In this document: one piece after another, positions 62,400 to 64,000 of the stretch
Layout: every line of letters starts with the position of its first letter
How positions within the stretch are numbered: position 1 is the first letter of the stretch
Assembly (NCBI RefSeq): GCF_036971445.1
Contig: NC_091476.1
Location: 33,232,001-33,296,000, forward strand
DNA: 64,000 nt
Direction: 5' to 3'
Source: Narcine bancroftii
Taxonomy: Eukaryota
Notes under the pieces: generated by a model
Seen by the model: the letters and a program-made list of their open reading frames with translations, nothing else
Told to the model about the DNA's origin: nothing
Databases searched by the model: none
Translations under genes and position numbers: made by a program

Positions 62400-64000
62400 C
62401 TCTCAAGGGTCTTCAGATCTCCAAAGCCTTCCTGCCATTCATTATAACCATTGCTGATCGACCAGGGAGTCCAACCCATTCTGTGCTGTAATATACCTTG
62501 AGTCTTACCAAATTTCACTTCAAGCCTTTTTAATAATCTCAAGGATTATTGGCACAGATAGAGAATTCTCAAAATTCACTACTCTTCTTGAAAAGAAATT
62601 CTTAGTTTTCATTGACTTGCCCTTTTATTTTGAAATTGTATCCCTTCATTCAAGTCTCTCACTATTAAAAACAATTCAAAATCTACTCCATCATTAGTTT
62701 CTATGAAATAACTCCCTATTTATAACAATTACATAATTAAATCATAACTCGTATTTTGTCCAAAATCAATATTGAATATAAACATTATAGAAATAATACA
62801 CATAAAATTCCCTTGAGTAATATATTTTCTACTTCTCTGATTTGATCATGAAGTTCTGTAATAATGAAAAGGAAAAAAAAATAACTTGCATATTTCTGAA
62901 CTGCACCTCCTCTGTATTAGAGGCAAATATATAATTTACCTACCTAACTATCTCCTGCCTGATAACATTTGAGATTTGTAGACAAGAACACCCAAACCCT
63001 CTAAACTTCACTCACTTGTAATTACTTTCCATGGAGATAATAACCTACTTTTTGATTCATCTCACCAGATGAAACTTCATATGCTAATTTTTTACCCATT
63101 AACTCGAATTACTTTTATGCTAATTTTATTTTCAAACTGTGGCCTTCCAGAGGAGTGAGAACAGATCTCTTAAAAACAACTTTCAATTTTCATTTTATCT
63201 ATGGTAACATATTTTCAATCCATTCTCATACAACTCCTTCCATGCCATGAGCTGATAATTTGTGTACCAGTGTCTTAAATGGCACCTATTACATCACACT
63301 TTGTCACATGGGTTTTGGTAAACAAAAATACACCACATCTGCAGGTTTCCTCTATCAACTCTACTTATAATATTCTCCAATAACTTGAGAAAATACGTCA
63401 AACCTGATCCACTCTATATGAAACCAGATTGATAAACTTGGACTATATTCATCTTTTAAAATTTTTTTCTTTGAATATTGATACATTTTTCCAACACTGG
63501 ACGTTAAACAAATTAGCTTACAGTTTCTTAATTTGTGTCTTTTACTTTTCTTGAACAAGGGTGCGATATCATCTTCCAGTCCACTGAGACTCTCCCAGAA
63601 TTCAGAAAGTTTTCAAAACTTAAACCAATGTGCACACTAACTTCACAGCAATTCCCTTTTAAAATGTTGAGCCTCTCCATCTTTTCTGGCTTGACACCTG
63701 TTGATTTTTCTCACGAGAAATTAATTAAGCCCATGCAAAAACTTTGTTTCAAGAATCTGTCCTTTCCTTGCATCCTGATTTTTATTACTCAGCTTCATTC
63801 ATTTGAGGTATCAGCCCTACCTTACCCAATGTGGTAAAACACTGTTGTGTCTTGATTGACTGTTACTGGCTGGACACGCGTCCAGAGACTAATCCTATCC
63901 ATAGTCCCTTGCATGTTCTCTTTCTCTTTGCTTCGATCAGTTGATGAGGTTGTACGTAGTTCCTCTCTTTAGTTAATAAAGGTCTGATAGTTTCTCGATT
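62400..64000 (-). mobile_element. Very old CR1 remnants
   Basis: Tail near 62400-62700; RNCKLICLTSSVGKM and other decayed RT motifs at 63300-63560. Confidence 0.6.

Overview
AT-rich vertebrate genomic DNA with no recognisable host protein-coding exon, probably intronic or intergenic. The repeat repertoire (CR1/HER1-type LINEs, V-SINE/HE1-type and Deu-type SINEs, Rex-Babar, fish-type L1, Penelope, RTE, Gypsy) points to a cartilaginous fish, possibly a ray; this is inference. The largest insertions are a full-length decayed L1 with an 11-bp target-site duplication (TSD) at 2199-8159, a full-length CR1 with esterase ORF1 (20395-24722), a Gypsy LTR element (28065-32586), five RTE copies (four young) and a 5'-truncated CR1 (58891-61328). 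The most notable observations are: (1) three of four young RTE copies have twin-priming-type 5' inversions, and one captured an exact 157-bp inverted copy of DNA 1 kb away at its junction; (2) the Gypsy has no tRNA primer-binding site (PBS), but a 15-nt sequence there is perfectly complementary to its own LTR, suggesting self-priming; (3) decayed minimal hammerhead ribozymes lie in Penelope termini; (4) a 350-bp TSD-flanked non-coding RTE-like element may carry the 3' half of an HDV-like ribozyme; (5) three CR1 copies share one frameshift. Family names come from motif recognition only. No database search was run, and boundaries of old fragments are approximate.
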